In this document: positions 1 through 11,165 of the stretch, one piece after another
Layout of the letters: each line of letters opens with the position of its first letter
How positions within the stretch are numbered: position 1 is the first letter of the stretch
From: Heterodontus francisci
Taxonomy: Eukaryota
Length of the DNA: 64,000 nucleotides
Assembly: GCF_036365525.1 (NCBI RefSeq)
Contig: NW_027141721.1
Location: 434,001-498,000 of the forward strand
Direction of reading: 5' to 3'
The notes under the pieces: model-generated
What the model was told of the DNA's origin: nothing
Database searches by the model: none
The model's input: only the letters and a program-made list of their open reading frames with translations
Position numbers and translations under genes: made by a program

Positions 1-67
1 TGTTCCGGACAGAATCACCCCTAACATTACAATACATTATTCGACACTGTTTCTGACTTTGACTTAC

Positions 68-116
68 GTGGGAACAGGGCAGGCATCAAGATTAGACAGA
101 GAACTTCATGCAACAT
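68..116 (-). CDS. TRBV: Leader exon (MLHEVLCLILMPALFP) of a family-B TCR V gene whose V exon lies left of the window
   Basis: ATG at 116, 49-nt exon, GTAAGT donor at 67; near-identical to the other family-B leaders in the window. Confidence 0.85.
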
Positions 117-1527
117 GATTTCTTCAGTCGATACTAACTCGATGTGTGAACGTGTGGAGTTTTCAACAACACACTTGCAGGCGGTTTCTATATTGTATCC
201 AATCAAATACCCAGCATCCGGTTGTCATTGTGATTGGCAGTCACTTACTGCGACACTCTGCTCCACCCCACTACTTTGCATAGCAATGTTGTAGAATGAT
301 ACAACACAGGAGGATAGGGGGAGATTGAATAGAGGTGTTCACATTTCAGAAAGGGATTTGATAGAGTATAATTCAGGGAAACTACCCTCTATACCCAGAG
401 AGTGTGCCCATCCTTTATTGCCTCTGAGAAGGTGGTGGTGAACCATCTTCGGGAATACCTGCTGGGCCATATCAGAGGGCAGTTAACAGTCAACCACATT
501 GCTGTGGGTCTGCAGTCACATATAGGCCAGACCAGGTAGGAATGGCGGATTTCCTTCCCTGAAGGTCATCAATGAATACGTTAGGTTTTTACGACACTCC
601 ATGTTCAGAATTGCTCTTACTTTCCATTACAGATTTTATTTATTTACTTAATTAAATTTAAATTCAATTTCTGCCCTGGTGAGAATTGAACTCAAGTCTG
701 GGGATCATTAGTCCAGGCCTCTGGATTACTAGTCCAGTAACATAACTGCTCTGCTACCGTACCTCCTTGCTGAATGGAGGTGAAAGGGTTAAATTGTTCA
801 CTGGTCTGAACTGCGTGTTTCTTTGAAGAACACATCAAATGTGACTCGAGTCTAAGATGAAAGTGGGTAAAGAGTTTTCAGCAGCTTCTGAACTCGCTGT
901 CAGGAGGCAGGTGTCCCAGAGATGAAGGTATCTGGAGAGGGGTCTCACTTTGAACAGTGTGAAACAGCGCTCAGATGGTTAATGGTTCTGCGCTGAGTTA
1001 GTTCCTGTGCATTAGGGGGTTGTTCGCCTCTGTGTAGTGAAGGTTAGAGGGAGATTAACCAGACTGGTATCAGGGATGAGGGACTTCAGTTACTGTGGAG
1101 AGACTGGAGAAGCTGGGGGTTTCTGCCCTTAGAGCAGAGAAGGTTAATTAGATGTGATACAGATATTGAAGATCATAGAGGATTTTGATAGATAATTGAT
1201 GATAAACCACATCTTCTACTGGTCAATATATAGAAAATCTATGAAAAGATGGTCATTCATTACATTACTGCAGTATGTTTAATTAGTTCATACAAAGTGT
1301 AATTACATAAAGATAGAGTTAGATAGATAGAGAGACAGAGAGATAGATAACCAGGTAAAGAGATAGATAAATAGAGAGACAGAGAGATAAACAATCAGGT
1401 GGACAGATAGATATGAACAGAAAGCTTCAATCTACTGCTGCCCCCTGCCAGTTGAAGATGAGCACTGAACTCCCGTTCATCCGCTGCAGGTTTTTGCAGC
1501 TGCTGATCCGCTTTCTCAAACACTGTG

Positions 1528-2362
1528 CGATACTACAAGCGCAGAAATAGACAGCGGTGTGAGATGGAGCGGCGTCTCTCAGTGCCAAAGTAAACAGTGT
1601 ATTGCTGGCTCTGTCTGCCTTAAATGACTCGGATGTCTAATTGGTGACAGACCCTGTTCCAGCAGAATAGAACAGAGCTTCCAGTGCCCTGTCTGGTTGT
1701 TGTCTGTACCAGTACATATAGGAATAGGCAGTATTGGTCAGCGTGCATCTGAGTGTTGTCGACTCTCCTGCTGCAATCGATAGGATAGAGGTTGACTGTT
1801 CCACATAGGAGGAGAGTATTCCTGTGGAATGGAACATCGATTAGATTATTATTTCAGTCAATAATGGATTGGAGCAGAGGCTGCATTGCAAGAAAGAGAG
1901 GGCTTACATTAATATATCGCCGTTCAGGACCTCAGGGCATCAGAAAGGGCTTTGCAACCAATGTAGTTACTCCCTCAGTACTGCCTCTGCGACAGTGCGG
2001 CACTCCCTCAGTACTGCCTCTGCAACAGTGCAGCACTCCCTCAGTACTGCCTCTGTGACAGTGCTGCACTCCCTCAGTACTGCCTCTGCGACAGTGCAGC
2101 ACACCCTCAGTACTGCCTCTGTGACAGTGCAGCACACCCGCAGTACTGCCTCTGCGACAGTCCAGCACTCCCTCAGTCCTGACACCTGGGGTGTTAGTTT
2201 TGACTTTGAGCTCAAGTGTTCTGGCGTGAGACTCTGACACAGCAGTGTTATGGAGCAGAATCACCGCTGACATTACAATACATTATTCGACACCGTTTCT
2301 GACTTTGACTTACGTGGGAAGAGTGCAGCCATCAAGATTAGACAGAGAACTTCATGCAACAT
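1528..2362 (-). pseudogene. TRBV: V1: family-B TCR V pseudogene (in-frame TAG)
   Basis: Leader 2314-2362; V exon 1528-1821 ending YFCACSI; TAC>TAG at 1637-1639; heptamer CACAGTG 1521-1527, 23-bp spacer, nonamer GCAAAAACC 1489-1497. Confidence 0.92.
1969..2180. repeat. 33-bp intronic minisatellite (cagtactgcctctgcgacagtgcagcactccct), about 6 copies
   Basis: Tandem copies visible directly; the same repeat is in every family-B leader intron. Confidence 0.9.
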
Positions 2363-2794
2363 GATTTCTTCATTCGATACTAACTCGATGTGTGAACGTG
2401 TGGAGTTTTCAACAACACACTTGCAGGCGGTTTCTATATTGTATCCAATTAAATACCCAGCATCCGGTTGTCATTGTGATTGGCAGTCACTTACTGCGAC
2501 ACTCTGCTCCACCCCATTACTTTACATAGCAATGTTGTAGAATGATACAACACAAGGGGATAGGGGGAGATTGAATAGAGGTGTTCACATTTCAGAAAGG
2601 GATTTGATAGAGTAGAATTCAGGGAAACAACCCTCTGTACCCAAAGAGTGTGCCCATCCCTTATTGCCCTTGAGAAGGTGGTGGTGAACCATCTTCGGGA
2701 ATGCCTGCTGGGCAGTTAATAGTCAACAACATTGCTGTTGGTCTGGAGGCACATATAGGCCAGACCGGGTAAGAACGGCATATTTCACTATGTT

Positions 2795-3068
2795 CACTAT
2801 GGAGAAGGATGATGTATGTGTAGATATCAGGGAGGGGGGTTGTGATATACTTGAACATATTAGCTTTTAAAGGGAGGAGTATTAGCTGTTTTAGCAGTCT
2901 TAAAAGTGGATAAGACCGCAGCCCGGATGAGACATATCCCAGGCTGTTATGTGAGGCAAGGGAGGAGATTTCAGGGCCTCTGACACAAATTTTCAATTCC
3001 CCTCTGGCCACAGGAGTGGTCTCAGAGGACTGGAGGACAGCGAATGTGGTACCATTATTCTAGAAGGA
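2795..3068 (+). mobile_element. Degenerate internal CR1 LINE ORF2 fragment
   Basis: Decayed KVDK..PD...PRLL.EAREEI...EDWRTANVVPLF; homologous to the CR1 sequence at about 12570-12790. Confidence 0.8.
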
Positions 3069-4406
3069 CACTTGTGCTCTTCTGAACTCGCTGTCAGGAG
3101 GCAGGTGTCCCAGAGATGAAGTTATCTGGAGAGGGATCTCGCCTTTGAACAGTGTGAAACAGCGCTCAGATGGTTAAGGGTTCCGAGCTGAGTTAGTTCC
3201 TGTTCATTGGGGGGTTGTTCGCCTCTGTGTAGTGAAGGTTAGAGGGAGATTAACCAGACTGGTACCAGGGATGAGGGAGTTCAATTACTGTGGAGAGACT
3301 GGAGAAGCTGGGGGTTTCTCTCCTGAGAGCAGAGAAGGTTAATGGTAGATGTGATACAGATATTGAAGATGATAAAAGATTTTGATAGATAATTGATGAC
3401 AAACCACATCATCTACTGGTCAATGTATAGAAAATCCCGGAAAAGATGGTCATTCATTATATTGGTGCAGCATGTTTAATTAGTTCATACAAACTGTAAT
3501 CACCTAAATATAAAGTTGGATAGATAGAGAGACAGAGAGATAGATCACCAGGTAGAGAGATAGATTGGTATCGAGAGAGGTAGAGAAATAGAGAGTTGGA
3601 AGGAAAGTCAGACAGGTAGAGAAATAGCGAGCTACATGGAGAGACAGTCACTGCCCCTGTAAAAGACAGGAATGTTAATTCGCAAACTCCCATTTTACGC
3701 CGGCTTTGTAGCTAGTGGTAGAGTGGGGAATAGAGAGAGAGGGAGCGAGAGGGATGGAGAGAGAGGGATGGAGAGAGAGGGATGGAGAGAGAGGGATGGA
3801 GAGAGAGGGATGGAGACAGAGGGAGCGACAGAAAGTTATTGATAAGTCACGAACTCATTGAAGGGCGGAGTGTTTTCGAGGTGATGAATGTTCTCCTTGT
3901 GTTCCCAGGTCACTGTTAAAGTGTGTTCCAGACTCTGATGTTTATCATGGTCCAACAGCGCACTCTGCTGTCCCTTTGGAGAAAGAAAACGCAGTGAAAT
4001 AAAACCACACCGTATCTATCTATCTGTCTATCTGACTGTCTGTCTGTTTTTATCTGATCTTCATTTCAGATATTAAAATCTTTAATAATCTCTCTAAGAC
4101 CGCTGAAGGTTTACCCTTGTCTTCTCCTTTCTGGAGAAATAATCCCCCGATGTACAAACTATCTTGATAACTTTAACCTCTGTGTTCTGATATCATTCCT
4201 GTCAAGTCTATTTCACAATTCCCCTGTGTTTCTGTATCTAACCACTCAATTTCTATTTAAATCCGCCCTGTCTTCTTGTGAAAAACATGTTACCAATGAT
4301 AAAAACACCCAACAGGACGCAGCACCGCCTGGTTTTATCTGAAACAGGTATTTCCTGCTGCCTTTGGGGTTTTTCTTGAACTGCTCCATCGCTCTGAGTC
4401 ACTGTG

Positions 4407-4862
4407 AAGACTCCAGGCACAGAAATACACGGCCGAGTGATTCTCCCACAGGCTGGAGGACTCCAGGTTGAACTCGTACTCATTCGGTCTCTCGGCGGTG
4501 AAACCATCCACCGTCCCCTCTGGATCCACATAGTTAGCAATACTGGAGTAAAACATCAACAGCGGCTCCTTCCCCGGGTGTTGTCTGTACCAGTACATGT
4601 TGAAGTGACTGCGGCTCCCCTCCACAGTGCACCTCAGTTCCACTCCTTTCCCGGGAAATCTGGAGACAGCGGCGGGAGTCTGGCGGATAGTCTGTGAGTT
4701 CACATCTGGGAGAGAGATGGAGAGAGGAGGAGATCAGTAAACAGGGAGCATCTGGGAATGAAAGGGAGACAGGGAGAGGAGAGGAAGGTTATTAACGATA
4801 ATCTTTGCATTTCATACTCACTTACAATGAAACAGGATTATCAGACACAGTAACTGATACAT
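4407..4862 (-). CDS. TRBV: V2: family-A TCR V segment, probably functional
   Basis: Leader 4826-4862 (MYQLLCLIILFH); V exon 4407-4705 with Cys23, WYRQ and YFCAWSL; CACAGTG 4400-4406, 23-bp spacer, nonamer AGAAAAACC 4368-4376. Confidence 0.92.
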
Positions 4863-5048
4863 CTTTCACTTCAACTTGTTCTCTTAATAGACACAGGAGT
4901 GAGAGCAGGAGCTTAGAGTCTTGTGAAGGTCCAAATCCACTCTTTACAAATCATTGGGAGGAACATGAAGAGCATTAGGAAGTGATACAATGTTGGAGAC
5001 GCCCATTCCCCCAGGTCAACAAATCAGAATTGAATTGGCTGCCAATCT

Positions 5049-5500
5049 GCTTCTCTGTCTCTCTCTCTCTCTCTCTCTGTCCCCCTCTCTATCTCAGTCT
5101 CTCTGTCCCCCTCTCTCTCTCTCAGTCTCTCTGTCTCACTCTCACTGTCTCAGTCTCTCTATCCCCCTCTCTGTCTCAGGCTCTCTCTCTCTCACTCTCT
5201 CTGTTTCAGTCTCTCTGTCCGCCTCTCTCTCTCTCAGTCGATCTGTTTCAGTCTCTCTGACCCCTCTCTGTCTCAGTANNNNNNNNNNNNNNNNNNNNNN
5301 NNNNNNNNNNNNNNNNNNNNNNNNNNNNNNNNNNNNNNNNNNNNNNNNNNNNNNNNNNNNNNNNNNNNNNNNNNNNNNNNNNNNNNNNNNNNNNNNNNNN
5401 NNNNNNNNNTTCAGTCTGTTGTCTCTGTCAGTTTTCCTCTAAATCTCGTTCTGACCCTCTCTCACACTCGGTCTCCCTCTCTTTGTCTCTCTCACTGTGT
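5049..5500. repeat. CT/CTGT low-complexity tract spanning an assembly gap (5279-5409)
   Basis: Seen directly. Confidence 0.9.
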
Positions 5501-5950
5501 GTGTGTATCCCTCTCTAAGGTGATGAATGTCCTTCTCCTGTCAATGTGTATGATGCTGGAGGGCTGGATGACCTCTGCCTCTTTCTGTTTTCCTATTAAA
5601 TGTTTTACAGGCCATTGTGTATTCATGGTCCTAGAGCACCCTCTGTTAACCATATAGAGGAAGAAAACTCAGTGTCAGTGCAGTAAAACTCAAGTCGTTT
5701 TATAGTTAATTCTTCCTGATAGTTACACCTCAGATCTGGTGTTATCCTTGTTAATTGTTCTTTGCACATTCTCCACTACCTGTATATCTAATCTCTCACT
5801 ACCACTCAAACCCATCTCTTCTTGTTATCATGAACACTTTCTCTCTGCAAAACGAAAGAAGTTCGAGGCTCCGAGCAGTTTTATCCTCCACAGATGTTTC
5901 CTGCTGCCTTTAGGGTTTTTGTTGAACTGCTCCATCTCTGAGTCACTGTG

Positions 5951-6435
5951 ATCTCTCCAGGCACAGAAATACACGGCCGAGTGATTCTCCCGCAGGCTGG
6001 AGGACTCCAGATTGAACTCGGAGTCTGTCGGTCTCTCGGCGGTGAAACCCTCCACCGTCCCCTCTGAGTTCTCCCGTTGTGCAGTTAGGGAGTGAAACAT
6101 TAGCTGCGGCTCCTTCCCCGGGTATTGTCTGTACCAGTACATGTAAGGGTTACTGGTGCCATCCACGGTGCATTTCAGCTTCACCTGCTCCTCAGAAAAT
6201 TTGGAGACAGCGGCGGGAGTCTGGTGGATAGTCTGTGAGTTCACATCTGGGAAGGAGACAGGGAGAGGAGGAGATCAATAAACAGGGAAATTCAGTCCAG
6301 TGGGGAGAGAGAAAGAGAGAGAAGGAGAGAACGAAATAAATAAAACCATATCCTAAAGAAATGTTAAGTAGAATTATAGTTTCAATAAAATCCCTTACGG
6401 TGAAACAGGGTGATCAGAGTCAGTAACAGATACAT
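5951..6435 (-). CDS. TRBV: V3: family-A TCR V segment, intact ORF with a 21-bp RSS spacer
   Basis: Leader 6399-6435; V exon 5951-6246 (SQTIHQ..CTVDGTSNPYMYWYRQ..YFCAWRD); heptamer 5944-5950, nonamer 5914-5922, spacer 21 bp. Confidence 0.9.
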
Positions 6436-7219
6436 CTTTTACTTTAAGCTGCCTTCTGAATCTGCAAAGGGGAGAGAGCAGGAGTGATGAGTGTTGTCAA
6501 TAACCAACCCACTCTTTACAAATCATTGGGAGGAACAGGGAGAGCATTAGGAAGTGATGCAGAGATGGTGACGTTCATTTCCCACATCAACAAATGAGAA
6601 TCGAGTTGGTTGCCAATGACCCACTTTCTCTCTCTCTCTCTCTGTCTCTCCCTGTCCTTTACTTGTGATGCTCCTTTCTTCCTCTCTGTCTCTCTTCTGT
6701 GCCTCCCTATATGTCTCAGTCTGTTTATTTCAGTCTCTCTCTCACAGATACACACACATTAGGTCTCTCTCTCTCTTTGNNNNNNNNNNNNNNNNNNNNN
6801 NNNNNNNNNNNNNNNNNNNNNNNNNNNNNNNNNNNNNNNNNNNNNNNNNNNNNNNNNNNNNNNNNNNNNNNNNNNNNNNNNNNNNNNNNNNNNNNNNNNN
6901 NNNNNNNNNNNNNNNNNNNNNNNNNNNNNNNNNNNNNNNNNNNNNNNNNCCTTCTCCTGGTCATGTATATCAACCTGGAGGACTGTATGATCTCCCACTG
7001 TTTCAGTTTTCCTGTGAACTCCTTCTCAAAAGCCATTGTACATCACATGGTCCTGGAGCGTCCTCAGCTGTCCCTGTGGTGAAAACATGCACAGTGTCAG
7101 TCTATAACAGCCCCAGTCCTTTTATTGTTATTCATTCCTGATAGTTACAATCCTGAGATCACGGGATATTCTTATTCAATGAGCTGGAAGATGAATGGGC
7201 ACGGATACAAAGCTGTGCA

Positions 7220-7860
7220 TGTGTGTGCGTGTGTTTTTCACTCGCTCTGTCTTTAGTTAACTGTCTCCCTCTGTTTTACTGCTTGCTGTCTTTCTCTCCC
7301 TGTCTCATTCTGTGTGTGTGTGTGTCTGTCTCCCAATCTGTCTCACTCTCTTCCTCTGTGTTTTTTTTGCTTTTCTCTCGCACTTCCTTCTTCCCCCTCT
7401 CTGTCCTCCTCTCTCTCCTCTGTCTGTCTCTCTGTCTCAGTCGCTTTCCCTCAGTCGCTTTCTCTCTGTCTCTCTCTCAGTCTCTCTCTCTCTGTCTCTG
7501 TCTCTCTCTCTCTGTCTCTCTCTCACTCTCTGTCTCTCTCTGTCTCTCAGTCTCTCTCTCTCAGTCTCCCTCACTGTTTCTCTGTCTCAGTCTCTCTGTC
7601 TCAGTCTCTTCCTCTGTGTTTTTTGTTCTCCCTCTCTCTCTTTCTTGTTCCCCCTCTCTGTCCTCCTCGCTCTCCTCTCTCTTCTCCTGTCTGTCTCAAT
7701 CTCTCTTTCTCAGTCTCTCTCTCTCAGTCTCTCTCAGTCTCTCTCTGTCTCAGTCCCAGTCTCTCTGTCTCAGTCTCTCTGTCTCTGTCAGTTTTCCTCT
7801 CAATCTTGTTCTATCCCTCTCTCACACACTCGGTCTCCCTCTCTTTGTCTCTCTCGTTGA
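7220..7860. repeat. CT-rich simple-sequence tract
   Basis: Seen directly; produces spurious S/L-rich ORFs. Confidence 0.9.
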
Positions 7861-8318
7861 GTGCGTGTGTATCCCTCTCAAAGGTGATGAATGTGCTTCT
7901 CCTGTCAATGTGTATGAAGCTCGAGGGCTGTATGATCTCTGCCTCTTTCTGTTTTCCTATTAAATGTTTGCCAGGCCATTGTGTATTCATGGTCCTAGAG
8001 CACCCTCTGTTAACCCTACAGAGGAGGAAAACTCAGTGTCAATGCAGAAGAACTCAAGTCGTTTTTGTAGTTGATATTTCCTGATAGTTAGAACCTCAGA
8101 TCTGGTGTTATCCTTGTCAATTGTTCTTTGCACATACTCTACTACCTGTATATCTAATCTCTCACTACCACTCTGACCCATCTCTTCTTGTTATCATAAA
8201 CACTTTCGCTCTGCAAAACGAAAGAAATTCGAGGCTTCGGGCAGTTTTATCCTCCACAGGTGTTTCCTGCTGCATTTGGGGTTTTTGTTGAACTGCTCCA
8301 ACTCTCTGAGTCACTGTG

Positions 8319-8792
8319 ATCTCTCCAGGCACAGAAATACACGGCCGTGTGATTCTCCCGCAGGCTGGAGGGCTCCAGATTGAACTGGGAGCTAGTCGGT
8401 CTCTCGGCGGTAAAGCCATCCACCGCCTTCTCCGGATTTATGTGATCAGTACCTGTGGAGTAAAACATAAACTGTGGCTCCTTCCCCGGGTATTGTCTGT
8501 ACCAGAACATGTCAGGGTTACTGCTGCCCTGCACGGTGCATTTCAGCTTCACCTGCTCCTCAGAAAATTTGGAGACAGCGGCGGGAGTCTGGTGGATATT
8601 CTGTGAGTTCACATCTGGGAAAGAGACAGGGAGAGGAGGAGATCAGTAAACAGGGAACTTCAGTCCAGTGGGAGAGAGAAAGAGAGAAATAAATAAATAA
8701 AAACATCACCTAAAGAAATGTTAAGTAGAATTATTGTTTCAATAAAATGCCTTACGGTGAAACAGGTTGATCAGAGTCAGTAACAGATACAT
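8319..8792 (-). CDS. TRBV: V4: family-A TCR V segment, probably functional
   Basis: Leader 8756-8792; V exon 8319-8614 ending YFCAWRD; consensus CACAGTG 8312-8318, 23-bp spacer, ACAAAAACC 8280-8288. Confidence 0.93.
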
Positions 8793-9184
8793 CATTTACT
8801 TTAAGCTGCCGTCTGAATCAGCAAAGGGGAGAGAGCAGGAGTGATGAGTGTTGTTAATAACCAACCCACTCTTTACAAATCATTTGGAGGAACAGGAAGA
8901 GCATTAGGAAGTGATGCAGAGATAGTGACGCCCAGGTAAACAAGTCAGAGTGGAGTAGGTTGACAATGTCTCTCTCTCTCTCTCTCTATCTGCATACATC
9001 CAGCTTTATGTCTACAACTCTTTCACTCTCTTTCTCTCTCTGTATCTGCGTGTGTTTGTGTGTGTGTGCATCTTTCTGTCTCTGTCTCCCTCTGTCCCGT
9101 TCATTTCCACTGAGCTTTTCCTCACTACGTCTCCCTGATTCACCCTCTCTGTCTCTATGTTTCATCACCGGATTGATTGAGAAC

Positions 9185-9410
9185 CAGAGGTCACTTATTG
9201 ATGGTAATTGGCAGAAGATCCAAAGGTGAACTGAGGAAACGTTTTGACACAGTGAATGGTTAGGATCTGGAATGCACGACCTGAGAGTGCGGGGGAGGCA
9301 GTTTCAATCGTCGCTTTCAAAAGGAAATTTGAATAATTATGTGTAAGGAAAATATGCAGTGTTATTTAGAAAGGGCAGGGGGAGTGGGACTAGCTGCAGA
9401 GACCAAGTAC
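9185..9410 (+). mobile_element. CR1 LINE 3' end remnant
   Basis: Decayed 'FTQRVVRIWNALP...FKR.LD' followed by 3'UTR-like sequence. Confidence 0.65.
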
Positions 9411-9424
9411 AGCAACAGGCTAAC

Positions 9425-9965
9425 AGCATTGTGGAACATCCTGCATTCAGGCTGCAAGTGTGACCCTGAGATTCTAGTTAGCGGATACTTTTAATTCTCA
9501 TTCCCACTCCCACCTCTCTGTCCTCGACCTCCTTCTCTGCTCCAGTGAAGCTCAACAGAAACTCGAAGAAAAGCACATCATCTTTCAATTGGATACTTTG
9601 CAGCTTTCTGGGCTCAACAGTGAGTTAAACAATTTCTGATCGTAACAACTGCTCCGGTTTATATGGGCAGAGGTTTGTTGGTAATAATTGTGTTTCTGCT
9701 ACTTTCACCTCCTCTAGACCCATCTCTTGTTCTTTACTTGACCCATTAACATCTCCTTTGTCTTGCACCAGCCTCAGTTTTGTTATTAAATCTCTCCTGC
9801 ATTCCTCCCATTCTCCCTCTCCCTGGCTTTCTGCTGCTTAAAAGCTGATAGATCACTAAATCCTTCCAGTTCTGTTGAAAGGTCTACGACCTGATATGTT
9901 AATGTTTTGTCTCTCTCCACAGAGGCTGTCTGACCTGATTAGTATTTCCATCCTTATTTATTTAT
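9425..9965 (+). mobile_element. Penelope-like element remnant (GIY-YIG C-terminus plus pLTR)
   Basis: Decayed FNS.SHS..SVL.LL.CSSEAQ.KLEEKHIIFQL.TLQ.SGLN.E.NNF, then a degenerate copy of the pLTR seen at 31560 and 55660. Confidence 0.75.
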
Positions 9966-10592
9966 AACCCGGAAACACAATGAGCTCCAATATAGTGACA
10001 GAGCGCCCAGAACCTAAACCATCCAGCATCTGCGGTACCTTGTGTTCAGTTCACCAGACTGTAACCGGGATGTAGTTCTATAATTATCAGGAGAGGTTCA
10101 TAGACAAGTTTCAAAGTCCCTATTGAAACATCATCAATAATCTGATACTTATCACGGTCCGACACCGCCCTCTGCTGTCGCTGTGGATAAAGACAACATT
10201 GTCAGTGAATAAAACACAACTTTGTCTGTCTGCCTACCAGCTATCTATCGACCTATCTCCCTACCTATCTGATCTTCACTTCACACATTAAACCCTTTTA
10301 TAATCTTTCTAAGAACTATGAATGTTCACCCTTCAGTCTTCTCCTTTCTGGAGCAAAGATGTTCAAACTATCTTTGTTCCGATATCATTCCTGTGAAGTC
10401 TATTTCACAATTCCCCTGTGCTTCGATTTCTAACCTCTCACTTTCTGTTTAAATCCGCCCTGTCTTCTTGTGAAAAACACTTTTCCAATGCCAAAAACAA
10501 CTAACAGGACGCAGCACCGCCTGGTTTTATCTGAAACAGGTGTTTCCTGCTGCCTTTGGGGTTTTTGTTGAACTGCTCCATCTCTCACTGTG

Positions 10593-11048
10593 AAGACTCC
10601 AGGCACAGAAATACACGGCCGAGTGATTCTCACGCAGGCTGGAGGACTCCAGTTTGAACTCGTACTTATTAATTTTCTCGGCGGTAAAACCTTTCCCCGT
10701 CCCCTCTGGATCCACATAGTTAGCAGTACTGGAGTAAAACATCAACAGCGGCTCCTTCCCCGGGTGTTGTCTGTATCAGTACATGGAGATGCTACTGCTG
10801 CTCCCCTTGACAGTGCACATCAGTTCTACTCCTTTCCCGGGAAATCTGGAGACAGCGGTGGGAGTCTGGTGGATAGTCTGTGAGTTCACATCTGGGACAG
10901 AGATGGACAGAGGAGGAGATCAGTAAACAGGGAATTTCTGGGAATGAAAGGGAGACAGGGAGAGGAGAGGAAGGTTATTAACGATAATCTTTGCATTTCA
11001 TGCTCACTTACAGTGAAACAGGATTATCAGACCCATTAACAGATACAT
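10593..11048 (-). pseudogene. TRBV: V5: family-A TCR V pseudogene
   Basis: Leader 11012-11048; V exon 10593-10891; conserved Trp TGG>TGA at 10776-10778; RSS spacer only 17 bp (heptamer 10586-10592, nonamer 10560-10568). Confidence 0.92.
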
Positions 11049-11165
11049 CTTTCACTGTAACGTGTTCTCTTAATAGACACAGGAGTGACAGCAGGAGCTT
11101 AGAGTCTTGTGAGGGTCCAAATCCACTTTTTACAATTCTTTCCTGCTGCCTTTGGTGTTTTTGTT

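Noticed and set aside
1969-2180. Cryptic RSS heptamers in the 33-bp repeat
   Set aside because: The motif is GACAGTG, lacking CAC, and has no spaced nonamer
1869-2273. STASATVQHSL-repeat ORFs (also near 18.4, 53.4, 58.2 and 60.3 kb)
   Set aside because: Translations of the 33-bp intronic minisatellite
4319-4336. AAACCAGGCGGTGCTG about 35 bp past family-A nonamers as a CTCF site
   Set aside because: Position matches the family-B site but the leading CC of the core is missing; too weak to call without a PWM scan
7223-8084. Long Ser/Leu-rich ORFs and ORFs spanning N runs
   Set aside because: Artefacts of CT microsatellites and assembly gaps (5279-5409, 6780-6949, 20627-20759, 25425-25640, 28647-28844, 63204-63432)
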